IMG/VR virus record: IMGVR_UViG_3300040971_000369
Span: 1-59,911 of that record
Strand: one strand, 5' to 3'
Source: a virus
Lineage: Duplodnaviria > Caudoviricetes
DNA: 59,911 nt
Shown here: positions 28,801-38,082 of the stretch, in pieces
Layout: every line of letters starts with the position of its first letter
Position numbering within the stretch: position 1 is the first letter of the stretch
Translations under genes and position numbers: made by a program
The notes under the pieces: model-generated
What the model saw: only the letters and a program-made list of their open reading frames with translations
Database searches by the model: none
What the model was told of the DNA's origin: nothing

Positions 28801-31800
28801 ATTCGGCAAGGGTTCTTTCTTTTCCATATTCACCTCCATTTTGCCCGGCCCTGACAGTTTCGGACGCAACGCCGACAGCCGCGTCAAGATCTGATCCTAT
28901 TTTTTCGGAGACTTCTTGCTTTCCAGTTGTTTCAAGCAGGACCGAACGGACTCCTGGAAGACTTTCCACTCTTGCGGCGCTGGAATCAGGCCACTCTTTG
29001 CCCACCTCGCGCAGGGTATTGGGCTTTTGGGCCGGGTCGTGCGGCGGGGCGTTGGCCTGCTCCGTGTCCGATTCGGCGCGCTGGTCAAAGACTTCCTTGC
29101 CTTCGCGGTAATCCTGGCGCTCCTGCAGGCGGCGCAGGATCTCGTCTATCTCCGTGCGTGCATCGTCCACGGCGCGGCTGTAATCCTGCTCGATGGCCTT
29201 TTTGGACTGCACGCGGTCGCGCAGCAGGTCCATCAGGTTCTGAACCTCGCGGTCGATTGCCAGTTCCGGAACCTCAGCGCTCAACATGTCCGCCAGCTCG
29301 TCCAGCATGGCCCCGTCTCTGGACACGAAACCCAGTCCAAACCTGGACTGCATCCACTGGATTCCGTCCCGGCCCATCTGCTCCCGGGCATGGTCGTAAT
29401 TGATCCCGCCCAGCTTGCGGATGCGTGAAATCACGCGCTCATGGATGTCCAGGGCATGATCCCGCACTTCGGCATGCATGCTCATTTCATAAGCCAGATC
29501 AGCCAGGCGCGTCTCGCTCTCATCACGTTCGGCCTGCTCGATGAGCCCGGCTTCTTCCTCCGTCAACGCACCGGCATCAACCAGGTGCCGCGTTACGTTG
29601 TCGGCATAGTCCAGCGCTTCGGCTATTCGAGATTGATCCTCGACAAAAGATCCTGCCTGAAGGCTTCCCCCTTGTCCTTGGTCATCCTGTTGAACAGTCC
29701 CCGCTTGAACGTCGCCGACCGGCCCACCGTGGTCTTGTTGAAAGCCCTGGCCAGCCTGTCCAACGTCTTCTCCGCCCGCTCCGCTTTGTCCTCGGTCATC
29801 CATCCCCTCCTGCTTGTGCTGCCCTGCCACTTCCCCAAACGAAACTGCCTGATCGAAAATCGAAACATGCCCGGGAGGCGCAGCCCCTTCACCGCCACCA
29901 AACCCGCCTCCCTGATCGTTCACGGGCTCCGCTGGCTGCCGCTCCATCCAATACCGCCCCTTGTACCGCGCCAGCACCTCGGGCGGCACAGGCAAGCCCT
30001 GCTCCAGGGCCTCGCGCACATGGCGCTCGTGCGTGTTCATCCTGGACTTGGGGCCGTCGGGCTTGGCTTCCAGGTACTCGTCCTGAGTCATCTGCCAGGG
30101 GGCCTTGGCAGGTTCCGACAGATCGACGGCAGGCTGTAAACTTTCCATGGCCGCGCCGCTGGTTAAGGAAACGGCGTTTTCGTTTCCTTGCGCAAGGGGC
30201 GGAGCCGCCCCGGGTTCCGCCGGGGCAGACATCATGCCCTGCAGCTCTTCGGGCGTAAATGGGGTGTTCGGCGCCTGTTGCGCTACTGGCGCTACAGGCT
30301 GCGCCCCATCCGGGACGAATTCACCACCCACGGGAACAGCCGCCTCGGCTGCAACGCGCTGAGACTCCTTGAACGCGGCGTCACCCTCGGGGGTGCCCAG
30401 GATGGCCGGGTTGATCTCGTTTGCCTCGTCCACCACGGGGACATCGTTCATCTGCCCCAACGTATCGGCCAGATCGTCCACGCGGTCCGCGACCGTGGGC
30501 GCTGCGGCCCCTGCAGGCGCGGAAGGCGCGGCGGGCGGCGGTGTTGCCGGATCGGTCGGGGAGAGATTCAGCAGATCCACTTCCCGGCCCTGGTCCAGGG
30601 CATCGGCTGCGGCCTGCGTGTGGGCCGGGTCCGGAGCGGCGGCTTGTGTTTTGGACGGGTCCGGAGCGGCGGTTTGTGTTTTGGACGGGTCCGGAGCGGC
30701 GGTTTGCGTGTGGGCCGGGTCCGGAGCCGGGTCATTTTTGTCACGCGGCTTGGACATGGGCGACGAAAGAACATGTCCACCAGCGCCAACCATGAATGTT
30801 CCGGGAATAACAGCGGCCTCCTCGCGTGCGCCCTTGGCCACGGCCTGAACCACACTTTGCGGCTCCGCCTCGGTCCGCGCGATGCCAAGGCCCGAACGCG
30901 CGTCCTCGACCAGGCCGTTCCTTATCCATGGGAGCTTACCGGCCGTCTCGGCTATGGCCTGCACCGGACCTTCAAGCCATTCAGTCAGTGCCTCCTTGCC
31001 ACCCGTGAGGAGGATCTTGGCCCCGCGCTTGGCCAGCCCGTCCACCACTTCCTTACTCAAAATGCCATCCAGACCAACCTTGTTCAGCCAGATCGAGGTC
31101 AACCCGTATCCGGTCGAGCGCCCCAATGCCTCCGTGGGTGCCACGCCTTTCTTCAGCTGATCGGCCAGCATGCCGCCACCTTCCATGAGTCCGCCGACAA
31201 CACCGCCGGCCGTGGACGCCATGGATACCGGGACAGACATGGCTGCGGCAATGACCGGGAGCATGGACCCGGCCGCGTCCGCGCCACCTTCGAGCATGTA
31301 GCCGGGGTTCAGGAGCAGGGATGGATCATCGAGAAAGTCCTTACCCTTGCGGTATTGCGGCACGCGATCATCGGCGAATTTGCGACCCGAAGCCCAATCA
31401 GCATGAGCACTCTTGCCTTGGCCGATAAGCCAGTCCCCGCCCCGGCGCATGGCCTCAGTCAAAGGGTCGGACTCGCCGTGCGCCGTGTCGGCGAAATCGG
31501 CCATGGCGTGCAGGCCTGCGCCAGGAATGTCATAAAACAGGTTGGCGCTGAAATCGCCCAGGGCCGCGCCGGTCCTGATGGCGGACCGCACTGGCCATGC
31601 CGCGTCGGAAGACAGGACGCCGGGCTCGACTTCGGTTGACGCTGCTTTCAGCGCGGCAGCATCCTCCGCCGTAAACGGCGCTGTCTCAAACGGGTCAAAA
31701 TCCACCTGTTCGAGCGCGTATTGTTTGTTTTGCTGGCTTGCGGCGGCATCATCCGCAAACGGGTCGAAATCCACCAGTTCCAACACAGCGTCAGGCTGCT

Positions 31801-31885
31801 CCTCCTCCCAGTCCGATAGAGCCGTTTCCCCCCTTCGCGCATCCTGAAAAGGGTCGAAATCCACCCGTTCGAGAACAACCGTCAT
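22883..31885 (-). CDS. Large polyvalent virion/ejection protein (3000 aa): tandem JAB/RadC, zincin metallopeptidase (MPTase), PBECR-like nuclease, ART (ADP-ribosyltransferase)-like domain, helical C-terminus
   Basis: AHNHPG...SPDAD (JAB); [10 protein letters not shown]...EEVLA (MPTase); HIIERH...WRVVSA (PBECR-like); FHGT...GRGVYL...GFDGVV...EQVKS...N.GSFD (ART-PolyVal); AGGAG SD. Confidence 0.9.
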   Translation of the reverse strand: MTVVLERVDFDPFQDARRGETALSDWEEEQPDAVLELVDFDPFADDAAASQQNKQYALEQVDFDPFETAPFTAEDAAALKAASTEVEPGVLSSDAAWPVRSAIRTGAALGDFSANLFYDIPGAGLHAMADFADTAHGESDPLTEAMRRGGDWLIGQGKSAHADWASGRKFADDRVPQYRKGKDFLDDPSLLLNPGYMLEGGADAAGSMLPVIAAAMSVPVSMASTAGGVVGGLMEGGGMLADQLKKGVAPTEALGRSTGYGLTSIWLNKVGLDGILSKEVVDGLAKRGAKILLTGGKEALTEWLEGPVQAIAETAGKLPWIRNGLVEDARSGLGIARTEAEPQSVVQAVAKGAREEAAVIPGTFMVGAGGHVLSSPMSKPRDKNDPAPDPAHTQTAAPDPSKTQTAAPDPSKTQAAAPDPAHTQAAADALDQGREVDLLNLSPTDPATPPPAAPSAPAGAAAPTVADRVDDLADTLGQMNDVPVVDEANEINPAILGTPEGDAAFKESQRVAAEAAVPVGGEFVPDGAQPVAPVAQQAPNTPFTPEELQGMMSAPAEPGAAPPLAQGNENAVSLTSGAAMESLQPAVDLSEPAKAPWQMTQDEYLEAKPDGPKSRMNTHERHVREALEQGLPVPPEVLARYKGRYWMERQPAEPVNDQGGGFGGGEGAAPPGHVSIFDQAVSFGEVAGQHKQEGMDDRGQSGAGGEDVGQAGQGFQQDHGGPVGDVQAGTVQQDDQGQGGSLQAGSFVEDQSRIAEALDYADNVTRHLVDAGALTEEEAGLIEQAERDESETRLADLAYEMSMHAEVRDHALDIHERVISRIRKLGGINYDHAREQMGRDGIQWMQSRFGLGFVSRDGAMLDELADMLSAEVPELAIDREVQNLMDLLRDRVQSKKAIEQDYSRAVDDARTEIDEILRRLQERQDYREGKEVFDQRAESDTEQANAPPHDPAQKPNTLREVGKEWPDSSAARVESLPGVRSVLLETTGKQEVSEKIGSDLDAAVGVASETVRAGQNGGEYGKERTLAESEPENEREGDISGRRGADSDSGAEPGSAGRLPGVRSVLLKTAGEQEVPARIESDLDAAVAVASLAEQPQENMVALVLDAKNKPLVILHHSKGATSSTVAESSILAGSVLDVPGARYVYLAHNHPGEKAELSPDADMVLANVFRDLFTGSGVEMLGMLAVTSNSFANELGGNIPIPVSNGKGKRVPVQVRVFSGVYEPERVIRLSDPDVLIEHSKTITGGADSGIVLLNTQNVVVGFVPMSPQDMATLRGNGLGNILKALHRANANGVLGIIPGIFDTKAWHNVAALARAANVRVLDVLYQDAAGNLQSFRGNGYDVHGYVDVFFSRADRPTAKGMPAADVQGVVDTVAGNWAKAPVVNVVQSVRDLPAKILGAVRKAGAEGDVQAVYHNGTVYIIADRMADVDHVRRTLLHEGTGHHGLRLIMRKAELNRALDLAWENAKVRDAAGEIASGYKLDLSNLDQRREAVEEVLAHWAETGVRARALDRFVAAVRRALRRVFPGLKMTDADVLDLIVRARRATVEGKGVRAVDGGGAKMSRNPADIGMITEEIAAAIGWQAGPIRLGPGDMTHIIERHQREIERMGFSSVRDFVMHVVENFDAAYQGHARSVLLVVRGVKTWKTATVKMEFDPAGNFWRVVSASPMRLEYFVNELGGRQKKKLLWERAQTNHRLAATPDAFSGQSSSEGNISATDEDDNTYLSRGRGRKSISIDGIERPAVNSEGRPIHGSAAGIVNFWRWFDGFQRGRVAGKADAGAYSGGNRRGGGFDSADGRRGREVGLDDRGRPRVFFHGTAEAIDAFDLDHPNRKDNGWLGRGVYLISDVRIAETYANLKGRFKNQAVMPLYVAVRNPYFANLKRKQKLRRLSKGTIARWTQRLKDQGFDGVVLDFPDGTIELVAFYPEQVKSVTGNAGSFDAANDDIRFSRGGKKTKPRESAFKTRADAAEAGMQTGADTGALKEPLWERAPTNHRLSATPSAISGQSGSSDESLETFGEGDNTRFFRVATQVSQTVAGMATPMTPEQIAAELEANRTFANKIHEGRDQVQHQVKVAATEMQRAVQRLANSKKWKYNPLNVFSSEKELKDSSRSRLLDAAMLVHREMQINPAKVQEFKDWAREQLEVKKIKGAALLRIQDQLRILEAAENLTIEQKHFVDETMNSAFETVGAQAKNAGVVNTLLDNYVRRLWNRPQDGDKAVFSGAGHAFKTFTTASKARTLETIFDGWMKGYDLQIKGITSSWAAIAGEIGQIVAGKQFIQEGRAQGVLSARAQKGYVELQGKGFHVWVRKAGVKIRMRDMYGLLGTDGQGRKMYVSVPNRYWAVYADKGARRADTLFDNERDARAYAEELREQGSPGAWVEFRQEVDIFEKVPLYAPEKVADLINRMTRAMDGDSPWKAPLPRAILAFNNAAKGWILMTSFFHHLAGARSWAFGVNQGALEALRKGDVSGAVQKMASAINPVSAHKRGLEKIRTNHAVLRQLIRHGLTVGELADWSEGAASEHRGITDRLFTHLSGRMPGAEKVVAAVRGGRFFRERAANALFKRYFAGLKAEAAVLEYGHQLDAEIREANREGRVPNPDLVAERVARLVNDDFGGLHLARMGRHPGVQAGLRLLLLAPDWTESNWRTITGMVPGLNDAVARMMHEVPAPPGMDKVYRRFWARIIVVGALHTLALQVLVSALLGDDDDHWYDLYRDQFADWDTLRRMKWTGVDVTPIYERLGMDLPKGERKVFSVIGHFADFLRILDPASLIKGKLSPLMRIVGALGTKTDYRERPFTGVKELATTGRTVKNTRYEPKELFFSALPSILTAQLRDLQPIQVGYLLKYLQGEEDGLTALLASAGAHMSAARKPDVLGKEYEAAALELNRVVKRARELGELRAALLALDKEDPAAAAALRKERADDIKEARTFRRDNEKLLRLYPAYSRVREALGQFDTGKRLQEAYVLDKNKRSTSVDTLDENIEKLKRTFVEKYRKAG
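25818..25937 (+). ncRNA. Putative antisense structured small RNA, copy 2, with promoter
   Basis: TTGTCA-N17-TAATGAT; stem GAACCGCTTTGG/CCAAAGCGGTTC; internal TCGCC-GAAA-GGCGA. Confidence 0.55.
26416..26586 (-). CDS. Nested +1-frame acidic 56-aa ORF inside the ART-domain coding region
   Basis: GGAGGT-N6-ATG; [56 protein letters not shown]. Confidence 0.65.
   Translation of the reverse strand: MDFNEEEWLEKLMQAHTQEEIDAVVDLIPLTDEEEEKLASMTGDDPEYFFTERQKP
26718..26838 (+). ncRNA. Putative antisense structured small RNA, copy 1, with promoter and U-tract
   Basis: TTGTCA-N17-TATGTT; stem AGAACTGCTTTGG/CCAAAGCAGTTTT; internal TTGCC-GCAA-GGCGA; followed by a T-run. Confidence 0.65.
28612..28961. repeat. 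Imperfect ~100-bp direct duplication (28612-28712 and 28861-28961; offset 249)
   Basis: LPGVRSVLL[E/K]T[T/A]G[K/E]QEV...SDLDAAV occurs twice in the polyvalent protein. Confidence 0.9.
28648..28827 (-). CDS. Nested +1-frame 59-aa ORF immediately before the JAB domain
   Basis: GGAGGTGAAT-ATG; [59 protein letters not shown]; synonymous-substitution pattern in the duplicate copy. Confidence 0.65.
   Translation of the reverse strand: MEKKEPLPNPSRKTSVKVTYPEGEERILIPEPSQEALDASQEYVRSCLKQLESKKSPQE
29623..29799 (-). CDS. Nested +1-frame basic 58-aa ORF
   Basis: AGGAGG-N6-ATG; [58 protein letters not shown]. Confidence 0.55.
   Translation of the reverse strand: MTEDKAERAEKTLDRLARAFNKTTVGRSATFKRGLFNRMTKDKGEAFRQDLLSRINLE
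30608..30727. repeat. 30-bp tandem repeat x4 ([20 protein letters not shown])
   Basis: GGGTCCGGAGCGGCGG... repeated every 30 nt. Confidence 0.9.
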
Positions 31886-31894
31886 GTCTGACTC

Positions 31895-33049
31895 CTATTT
31901 GCGCACGCGATACCACGCGCCGTTCTGCTGCACGTACCACATACCATCCCCGGCCTGCCTGGCCCCGTTCACGGGAGGAGTCGGCGGCGTGGTGTCCGTC
32001 CGCACTTCCCTGGACACGTTTTGCCTCATGGTATTGACCACCTTTTGCGGCTTGGACGGCGCGTCAAGGTAGCCCCCGGCCTGCATCAGGGCAATGTAAC
32101 GACCGGCTATCTGTCTCTCTGCGGCGTTGCCTTTGGGATCGTTCGCGATCTGGTCCATACGCGCGACCACGCTCTGTTTCTGGCCGGTATCCAGGCCCTC
32201 CAGGTTGCCCACGTCGCCCAGGAAGGCAAACGTGTTACTGCCCGACTCCTTAATCTGCTTGGTCACGAAATCGATCTCATCCCTAATGACCTTGCGGTCC
32301 TTGTCCACATCATCGCGCCCCTTGGCCCCTGCACTGGCCCGGCGCTCTCCGGCCAGGGCATTGGTGGCGTTTATGTCCGCCTGCGCCTTGGGGCCGATCC
32401 ACTGCGTTTCCGCCGCGTGCCTTCCAGCCTGCGCGTTGATGTTGCCGATCTCAGCATTGGCCTTGCCCAGATCCAACCCGCCCTTGGCATCGTCCAGCTT
32501 TTGGGCTCCGGGCACGGTCGCGGCCTGCTTGGGCGTCATGGTCACGACCTTGCCGTTCACCACGTACTGGGCAGGCGCGTATTCCAGCTGCTTGAGCTTC
32601 AGGGCGGTTTCAGGATCGGCCAGTTTCACCAGGCGCTCCATCGCTTCTTCAAAGGGTATTTCCCGGCCGCCGGATACAAGTTTTCCGTTCCGCCATTCCA
32701 CGGCTCCAAAGGCGGGCATTTCCGTAAAGGTCTGGGCCAGGAAAGGGCCAACCTGGTCCTGCTGCAGCTCGTACTCGCCATCAGCCAGGCGTACGGGATT
32801 TCCCTCTATGGCCATGATCGCAGCCTTGGCGCGGGCCGAAATGGTTTGCGCATCGCGCTCCATTTGCTTCAGGGGCAGGCCCTTCTCGAACTCGTCCAGC
32901 TCCAGCCTTTCTTTGCGCATACCTAAATCCAGGCCCTGCATGCGCTTGTCGTTGAACTGCGTTTCCTGCTCAAACCGCTGGTCCGCCTGGTTGTCCTGAT
33001 GAGCGCGCTGGATGCCGCCGCTCATGGTGATGGGCATCATGATTCCCAT
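31895..33049 (-). CDS. Putative internal virion/DNA-ejection protein
   Basis: Position between the tail genes and the polyvalent protein; helical, with a C-terminal aromatic motif (DGMWYVQQNGAWY). Confidence 0.6.
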   Translation of the reverse strand: MGIMMPITMSGGIQRAHQDNQADQRFEQETQFNDKRMQGLDLGMRKERLELDEFEKGLPLKQMERDAQTISARAKAAIMAIEGNPVRLADGEYELQQDQVGPFLAQTFTEMPAFGAVEWRNGKLVSGGREIPFEEAMERLVKLADPETALKLKQLEYAPAQYVVNGKVVTMTPKQAATVPGAQKLDDAKGGLDLGKANAEIGNINAQAGRHAAETQWIGPKAQADINATNALAGERRASAGAKGRDDVDKDRKVIRDEIDFVTKQIKESGSNTFAFLGDVGNLEGLDTGQKQSVVARMDQIANDPKGNAAERQIAGRYIALMQAGGYLDAPSKPQKVVNTMRQNVSREVRTDTTPPTPPVNGARQAGDGMWYVQQNGAWYRVRK

Positions 33050-33061
33050 GGTCGGGCCTCC

Positions 33062-33859
33062 TTAATATTGGCGGGTAAGGTTGTATCCGGCCTCATTAAA
33101 AGCCGCGCCGGCTGCCTGGCTGGCGGCCTGCGCCAGCTTGGCCGTAGTATCGCTGGAAGCGGCCAAGGACGCGGCCGGGATGCCGAGGCTGATGGACGGC
33201 GGGCGCGGCGTGTCCACTGTCGCGCCCATGCCGCCCCTCACGTTGGTCGCGTTGCCCAGACGGGCGTAATTGGTGTCGCGGGCGGTCTGCCAGGCCGATG
33301 TGCGCGCCCCGGCCTTGGCCAGGGCCTTGTTGATGACGGACTGATGGGTAAGCTGCTGGGCCTGATCCCCACCCAGGGACACGCCGCGCCGCCCCAGGCT
33401 GCGGGCAATCTGCCCGTCCGCCCCGGCCATGGCCGTTTCCACGGCCGCCCCGGCGCGGTCCATGTCCATGCGCGGGTCGATGCCTTTTTCGGATTCATCG
33501 AAAAACTTGGACAGAATGCCCCGGGAATCCCGGTACAGGTCCATGTCCTTCGACTGCTCGCCAAGGCCGCGCTCTGCCAATGCGTATTGCGCGGACAACA
33601 GCCCAGGCGTGCGGGCAATGGCCTGGTCCAGCTCTATGCCGGACAACACGCCCTGCTTCTGCATGAGCGGCTTGTTGACGGCCCATTGGTCCGTGGCAAT
33701 TTGATCCTGCTTGGCGGCAGTACCCGCCACTGTATCCCAGGCATCGCCGGCGACTTTATTATTGCTGATGCCGGAAGAGATATTGTAAATCGCCGACGCC
33801 ACAGGCGCGGCCTTGCTCGCGACGTTCAGGACCGAATCAAGCGCGCTGAAGAAATCCAT
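33062..33859 (-). CDS. Putative internal virion/ejection protein
   Basis: Ala/Gly/Gln-rich helical protein in the ejection-protein position. Confidence 0.6.
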   Translation of the reverse strand: MDFFSALDSVLNVASKAAPVASAIYNISSGISNNKVAGDAWDTVAGTAAKQDQIATDQWAVNKPLMQKQGVLSGIELDQAIARTPGLLSAQYALAERGLGEQSKDMDLYRDSRGILSKFFDESEKGIDPRMDMDRAGAAVETAMAGADGQIARSLGRRGVSLGGDQAQQLTHQSVINKALAKAGARTSAWQTARDTNYARLGNATNVRGGMGATVDTPRPPSISLGIPAASLAASSDTTAKLAQAASQAAGAAFNEAGYNLTRQY

Positions 33860-33862
33860 GGC

Positions 33863-35389
33863 TTATGCCCTCCTGGTGAAAAATCGCTGTTGCGTCTGCG
33901 TAAGTGCCGCATCCAGCACGCTGGGCTTGGTGGGCTGCGTCCCTGCTGGTTGCCGCTGGCCAGATCCACCCGCGAGCCGCTGCTGAAATCGCGGGTTCAC
34001 CGGCTCGCCCTGCGGGGCGGCCGCCGGTGCCTTCTTGGTGAAAAACCGCTCCAGCCCGGCCACCAAGCTATCCGTGCCGCCGCCGTCGCCGCGCGAGGCA
34101 TCCATGCCCCCGGTGCGCTCCGGAGCCGTACCCGCGTAGCTCTGCGCCTTGCCCATGGTGTTCATGGTGTCCGCATAGGCTGCGGCTGCCCCAAAGGGCG
34201 ACATATCCACGCCCGTGACCTTTGACGCCAGACTCGTGGCCGCATCGACGCCCTTGCTTTTTTTGGGCTGGGTCATGGACTGGACCAGCCCAGGTGCCAG
34301 CGCCCCGACTACGGCCCCGGGAATCCCGAAGGCGCTCAGCCCGATGGACGCCAACGGCCCGGCCAGTAAGCCTATGGCCGGAGAGGCGACATTAATGTAG
34401 CCCTTGGCCGTGAGCTTGCCGGTTGTCGGGTCCACAAGGCCCTGATCCACGGCGTCCACGAAACTCTCATAAGGCGTGGTCACGTCATCCAGCCCGAAAC
34501 CAAAGGCCCCGGCCACGCCGCCGAATGATTTCCCTACGGCCGCCGCCTCTTCCGGCGTCATGGCCCCGACACTTACGGCCTTGTCGTACATGCCGTGCAT
34601 GGCGTCATCGTAGGCGGCCTTGGCCATGTGCGGGTCGATGCCCAGGGCCATGGGATCTTTCAGCCTCTCCACGGCCATTTTCTGTATCTCTCGGGCCTTG
34701 GCGTGCATGTCCTTGGCCCGCGCGGTGGACGCCATGTCACTCATGGCCTTGCCGCCCGCCCAGGACATGCCCAAATCGTGCGCATTGGCCGTGGCTTGCG
34801 CACCGAAGGACGTCGGGTTGCCCGTCGAATAGGCCATGCGCGTGCCCGTATCATCCACGTAGCCAACGTCCGTACGGGTCACGGGCCGCCCGGTCAGTTC
34901 GGTGATCTGATCACGCATGTCCGGCGTGGCCGCGTGGATCGACCGGCTGTAGGCGGCGTCGACGCTGCCAAAACTGGGGTTGCCAAGGCTGACCCCGCCG
35001 TTTCTGCTTGCGGCCTCGCGCGCCACTGCCTCGGCCCGGCTGTAGGCCGCGTCCGCGCTGCCGAAACTGCGATTGCTGCTACTGCCACCGCTCTTGTTCG
35101 AGGTCTGCCCTAGCCCGCCGCGTTCGTTCTCCGCCGCCATGCCACCACGGGACGCCGTGCGGTTGCCGACGCCTTCCCGGCCACCATCGGACGAGCCGCC
35201 ACCGCGCCCGGACGAGCCATTCCCGGACTCAGAATCCCCACGCCCATTGTTGTTACTCGCGTCCCCTCGCCCATCGACGCACAGGGCCACCGGCCCGTCA
35301 TGCACATAGCTTTCGCTCTGGATGACCTTCAGATCCTCATCATCCCACTGCATGACGATGCGGGTATAGATTCTGCGTGGTTCGGCCAT
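33863..35389 (-). CDS. Putative internal virion protein (Gly/Ser-rich N-terminus, hydrophobic segment)
   Basis: N-terminal Y.HDGPVALC motif, low-complexity linker, TM-like glycine-zipper segment. Confidence 0.55.
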   Translation of the reverse strand: MAEPRRIYTRIVMQWDDEDLKVIQSESYVHDGPVALCVDGRGDASNNNGRGDSESGNGSSGRGGGSSDGGREGVGNRTASRGGMAAENERGGLGQTSNKSGGSSSNRSFGSADAAYSRAEAVAREAASRNGGVSLGNPSFGSVDAAYSRSIHAATPDMRDQITELTGRPVTRTDVGYVDDTGTRMAYSTGNPTSFGAQATANAHDLGMSWAGGKAMSDMASTARAKDMHAKAREIQKMAVERLKDPMALGIDPHMAKAAYDDAMHGMYDKAVSVGAMTPEEAAAVGKSFGGVAGAFGFGLDDVTTPYESFVDAVDQGLVDPTTGKLTAKGYINVASPAIGLLAGPLASIGLSAFGIPGAVVGALAPGLVQSMTQPKKSKGVDAATSLASKVTGVDMSPFGAAAAYADTMNTMGKAQSYAGTAPERTGGMDASRGDGGGTDSLVAGLERFFTKKAPAAAPQGEPVNPRFQQRLAGGSGQRQPAGTQPTKPSVLDAALTQTQQRFFTRRA

Positions 35390-35401
35390 GCCCTGCCCTC
35401 C

Positions 35402-35611
35402 CTATGGTTGCGCCTGAAGTTCGGCCAGCACGGCTTCCATGACCGCCTTGATAGCCTGCAATTCCGTGAGCGCGGCCTGCTGCGTGACGTACAGGTCCGT
35501 CACGGTCTGGTTCAGCGTTTCCACGTCAGCCTCCACCGCCTCCACCGCCGCCCCTACCGCCTGCACCGTGGCGTCCAGGGCTATATCTCCAAGCGCATTG
35601 ACCAGAGCCAT
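35402..35611 (-). CDS. Small coiled-coil phage protein
   Basis: Translationally coupled to the upstream gene; heptad pattern. Confidence 0.6.
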   Translation of the reverse strand: MALVNALGDIALDATVQAVGAAVEAVEADVETLNQTVTDLYVTQQAALTELQAIKAVMEAVLAELQAQP

Positions 35612-35967
35612 TATGTGCCGTCCTCAAACCAGATGGTGAATCCACCGCCCGGGAGTCCGGTCTGGACCCAGACCCCCGTCTGCCCCTTAAAATCCGGCGC
35701 GGACGGCTGCACAAAAACATTTTCGGTATCAACGATGTACTTGACGATTACCTCGCGCGCTCCGTGCTGGACGAGCAGATCCACCATGCCGGGCAACAGG
35801 TCGCGCATCTCGCGCTTGGCCAGATTGGTTTTGTCGTCGGCCTGTGCCACGCGTGTCTGGCCGTCGCGGGCCAGCAGGTAGGCGCGCAGAGACTCCAGGA
35901 ACCGCCGAAGGGCCGGGTCAACACCGGCCGGAACGGCAGGGACGGATATGCGCCGTATATCGCTCAT
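35611..35967 (-). CDS. Phage hypothetical protein
   Basis: Overlapping start/stop with both neighbours. Confidence 0.65.
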   Translation of the reverse strand: MSDIRRISVPAVPAGVDPALRRFLESLRAYLLARDGQTRVAQADDKTNLAKREMRDLLPGMVDLLVQHGAREVIVKYIVDTENVFVQPSAPDFKGQTGVWVQTGLPGGGFTIWFEDGT

Positions 35968-37571
35968 CGCGCCAACTCATCCACGGCGGATGCCAGATGC
36001 ACCACGCTCACCCTGGCCGTGCAGGAAATCTCGTATTGCGCCGAAAGGTACAGGCCGGGCGGCAGCATGAACGGGCGGTTGCTGACGATGCCCGTCCTGG
36101 TGAAATGCAAAGCCCCGTCGCGCCAGACCTTGAGCGTTGCCGGGTGTTCGACGTCCTGGTCGCCGATGACGCGGGCCACGGCCAGGGACTGCGCATTGGC
36201 AAAGATCCATTCCGCACTCTTCCACCGCGCGGCCATAGTGTCGCCCTCGCCCAACCCGCCCACAGCCTCGGCCCCGTCAAGGATCAGCAACACGTCGCCC
36301 TGCTCGTCAGCGTGCGCGTCCGACACCGTGACCGGCATGAGCAGGTCCACAATGCCCTGCGCCGTGGGATCGAGCATCCAACCCTTTGTGGTCCCGTAAT
36401 CAAATCCGTAAATCGTGCCGTCATGCACTGCGCAGATCATGCTTTCAGGGTTCAGTGCCTCCCACTGCTCCCTGGTCAAGATGCCTTGCGTCATGTGCGT
36501 CAGCACGCCGCCGCTCGAAATGCGCATGAGGCCGTCCGTGGAGGCGAAGCCAACGCCAATTTCCGTGGAAAAGATGGACCGCGCAGAGAGGCACGGCGCC
36601 GCATACTGCATCTCCACGAATGTGGACGATTCCGGCGTCTGCGCCGTGAGCAGGTAGGGCCGCCCCTTGGTCAGCACAATGCCGAATCCGCCCGTGACCC
36701 CGATCCCGACCACAGGGCTGTTGGTGCGCTGCTTGTACCTGGTCGGGTAGGCCGCCGGAAAGCCGACCTCGGACAGATACACATCCCGGTCTTTCCAGCC
36801 GACCGTGATGCCGTTTCCAAGATCGGCCAATCCCTCGAAGCCCACGGGGGAAAGGTGCCTGTCGGTCTGGGCAACCTCTTCGGTCTCCATGACATTGTCG
36901 GTCCAGCTCGCCGTTGCCGCCAGGAGTTCGGCCACGAACATCCATGCAGGCGTGCCGTACTGGTCCGTCTCGACACGATACACACGGATTTTAGTCACGC
37001 CTGCCGGGACAACCGGAACACCACCGCTTAACGGCCAGAACCGCGTGATCCTGGCCGTCTGCCCGTCGTACACGTCGATGTTGTCGGACGGCAGGGACAA
37101 GGAGGATTCTTCGCCCGTCCCGGCCACGGCGGAAAAGCGGTAGGCCGTGGATCGGATCAGGTCCGTGCCCGCAGCGCCTTCCACGATGACGACAGGGGCC
37201 TGGGGAGGCGCGTCCACGCCGAAGCGCGACGATGTCGTGGGCAGGCTGATTTCCGCGCCATTGAAGAACTGCGCGGCGGAAGCCTGCAGCGGGTATTGCC
37301 CATAATCCGCACCTGCCCAGACCAGATTTTCGTTGTTCGGGTGCGGGAGCACGGACACGGCGCGATTGGTGAAACAGGCCACCTTGCCCTGCCACAGATG
37401 GATGCGCTCCGTTCCCTCCGGCGCGGTCCACTCCGGATTCGGAGTTTTCATGGGCACAATGGCCCCGGTGCGCAGGTCGCAGTTGACCGCTTCCACGGCG
37501 TACTCTTCACCAACGCGGTAGGGCTCGATGGCTTTCAGGGCCTCGCGGAAGACGCCGGTTCCGATTTTCAC
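35964..37571 (-). CDS. Podovirus tail nozzle / stabilisation (tubular protein B-like) protein
   Basis: NCDLRTGAI N-terminus; YLSE.GFP.AYP; CLSARSI; ASTDGL beta-propeller-type motifs; WKS near the C-terminus. Confidence 0.75.
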   Translation of the reverse strand: MKIGTGVFREALKAIEPYRVGEEYAVEAVNCDLRTGAIVPMKTPNPEWTAPEGTERIHLWQGKVACFTNRAVSVLPHPNNENLVWAGADYGQYPLQASAAQFFNGAEISLPTTSSRFGVDAPPQAPVVIVEGAAGTDLIRSTAYRFSAVAGTGEESSLSLPSDNIDVYDGQTARITRFWPLSGGVPVVPAGVTKIRVYRVETDQYGTPAWMFVAELLAATASWTDNVMETEEVAQTDRHLSPVGFEGLADLGNGITVGWKDRDVYLSEVGFPAAYPTRYKQRTNSPVVGIGVTGGFGIVLTKGRPYLLTAQTPESSTFVEMQYAAPCLSARSIFSTEIGVGFASTDGLMRISSGGVLTHMTQGILTREQWEALNPESMICAVHDGTIYGFDYGTTKGWMLDPTAQGIVDLLMPVTVSDAHADEQGDVLLILDGAEAVGGLGEGDTMAARWKSAEWIFANAQSLAVARVIGDQDVEHPATLKVWRDGALHFTRTGIVSNRPFMLPPGLYLSAQYEISCTARVSVVHLASAVDELAR

Positions 37572-38080
37572 GGCGTGAATACCTCGGACACTGCCACTAT
37601 GGCGGCGCGATCCCCGGCGGCAACGGCTGCGGCAACCTCGGCCTCGCGGGCTTTCTGCCAGGCGTGGCAGGCGTCGATATGCGCCACCCCGGCCAGCCAG
37701 ACGGTTTGTAGCTTGGCCAGGTCCATGGTCACGTACACGCCTAGGCCCGTGACCGGGTTCGTGCTGGCCTTCCAGTTCGGCGTGCTCCAGTTCGGGATCA
37801 TTCCCGCCGTGGTCATGGTGGCGTGGTACATGGTGATGGCAGCGGCGTCAGAGTCATAGCGCACGCCGTCCACGACGATGCCGCCGTCGCGCACGCGGTC
37901 GCGCTCGGCGCGGATGGCCTTGATCTTGCGCGACGCCAGCGTCGCCACGGGAGTGGCGGCAAATTCCGTCTCCTGTTGCGCCGCATTGCCTGCAACGAAA
38001 ACCAGCTCCGTCACCTCGACGGAACCGAGCAGAGGGTCGCCAGCGTGAAAACCGATGACCGGATGATTGTAGTATTTCAT
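37568..38080 (-). CDS. Tail-fibre-associated protein (DUF4376-like)
   Basis: IRAERDRVRDGGIVVDGVRYDSD...WK...HIDACH. Confidence 0.7.
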   Translation of the reverse strand: MKYYNHPVIGFHAGDPLLGSVEVTELVFVAGNAAQQETEFAATPVATLASRKIKAIRAERDRVRDGGIVVDGVRYDSDAAAITMYHATMTTAGMIPNWSTPNWKASTNPVTGLGVYVTMDLAKLQTVWLAGVAHIDACHAWQKAREAEVAAAVAAGDRAAIVAVSEVFTP

Positions 38081-38082
38081 GG

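Noticed and set aside
28897-29088. Fourth nested +1 ORF
   Set aside because: TTG start with a weak SD and an R/P-rich shadow-like N-terminus; only its C-terminus is the duplicated end of the 28648-28827 ORF.
30608-30727. CRISPR-like array
   Set aside because: In-frame 30-nt tandem coding repeat with no unique spacers and no cas genes.
31648-31878. Nested ORF at the start of the polyvalent gene
   Set aside because: No SD; its repeats simply mirror the main-frame VDFDPF repeats.
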